From the NCBI RefSeq assembly GCF_006345805.1, contig NC_043008.1, forward strand, positions 56,296,001 to 56,360,000: a stretch of DNA of 64,000 bases, read 5' to 3'. The position numbers were made by a program, and so were the translations under genes. Under the pieces are notes generated by a model, which saw only the letters and a list, made by a program, of their open reading frames with translations, was not told the origin of the DNA and did no database searches. This document shows, piece after piece, positions 63,403-64,000 of this stretch (positions within the stretch are counted from its first letter, which is position 1; each line of letters opens with the position of its first letter). Origin of the DNA: Octopus sinensis. Lineage: Eukaryota.

Positions 63403-63435
63403 ACCTATCCATTCTTGTGCTTCTTTCTCGCGTAT

Positions 63436-63494
<59 letters not shown>

Positions 63495-63521
63495 TATATA
63501 TATATATATATATATATGTTG

Positions 63522-64000
63522 GCAATATTAAATTTCTGGGCGAGAAGTAAACTGTAGCAGTACGGAATAGTAAAATATAATTGTCAACTAAATGTGGTGT
63601 TCCCATAGCGAACGATGCTACTGTTGCTATTAGCCCCAGGAGGACATCTCTACCAGCTGGCTAGCGACACACTGTCTGTGTCCGATTAGTATTTGCGAGG
63701 GGAAATCACTGTTGTCATCTCTAGCCTTATGTGATACTCACAGACCTAGGTTTCTGGATGGTAATCCGTCATCAATGTATGATAGCACGTGCTAGTGGTG
63801 AAAACTCATTCCACACGCAAAATGCCATATCCTTTTTCCAGTGACAAACTGTCACTGATCTCGAAAAAGGAGAAATAAGCAATATTAAATCTCTGAGCGA
63901 GAAGTAAGCAGTATCAGTACGGAATCGTAAAATATAATTGTTAACTAAATGTGGCAGTCCTACAGAGGACGATGCTACTGTTGTTGTTAGCCCCAGGAAG
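63522..64000. repeat. old tandem duplication, period 357 bp, containing an RTE-like 3' end
   Basis: GCAATATTAAAT at 63522 and 63879, followed by CAGTACGGAAT.GTAAAATATAATTGT.AACTAAATGTGG. Confidence 0.8.

Larger units (their letters stand above)
62798..63431. repeat. 634-bp zero-spacer palindrome of a PLE-like 3' end
   Basis: 317-bp arms centred at 63114/63115 (GGATTATATAATCC); about a dozen differences, mostly 1-nt indels. Confidence 0.95.

Overview
AT-rich, microsatellite-saturated animal DNA. The repeat families look like those of Octopus; this is recognition from memory and is unverified. There is one 100-N scaffold gap (3950-4049). I found no host protein-coding exon, rRNA gene, true tRNA gene or CRISPR array. 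Nearly all ORF-track entries are microsatellite read-throughs or decayed transposon fragments. The window is a transposon graveyard: two very abundant tRNA-headed SINE families (one in 184-bp tandem arrays), several rarer SINEs, five mariner relics, three Tc1 relics (two with DD36E spacing), three short Helitrons, two MITEs, a Chapaev-like transposase relic fused in frame to an R4/Dong-like endonuclease, CR1/RTE/L1-type LINE scraps, and Penelope-like elements (PLEs). The main hidden signal is RNA structure. Read by eye, there are ten type I hammerhead-ribozyme folds from at least seven unrelated sequence families (8.5, 10.3, 12.5, 12.8/15.0, 17.4, 49.0, 51.6 and 62.9/63.4 kb, plus a relic at 24.2 kb), nearly all with the short palindromic helix III typical of PLE hammerheads. 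One sits at the 3' end of a tRNA-headed Pol III SINE, one is split by a SINE and rebuilds across it, one pair sits in a 634-bp zero-spacer palindrome, and one pair carries a compensatory U3:A8 core. A recurring head-to-head, tails-outward inverted architecture ending in (TA)n points to a shared insertion mechanism. All folds are manual; none is computationally or experimentally confirmed.
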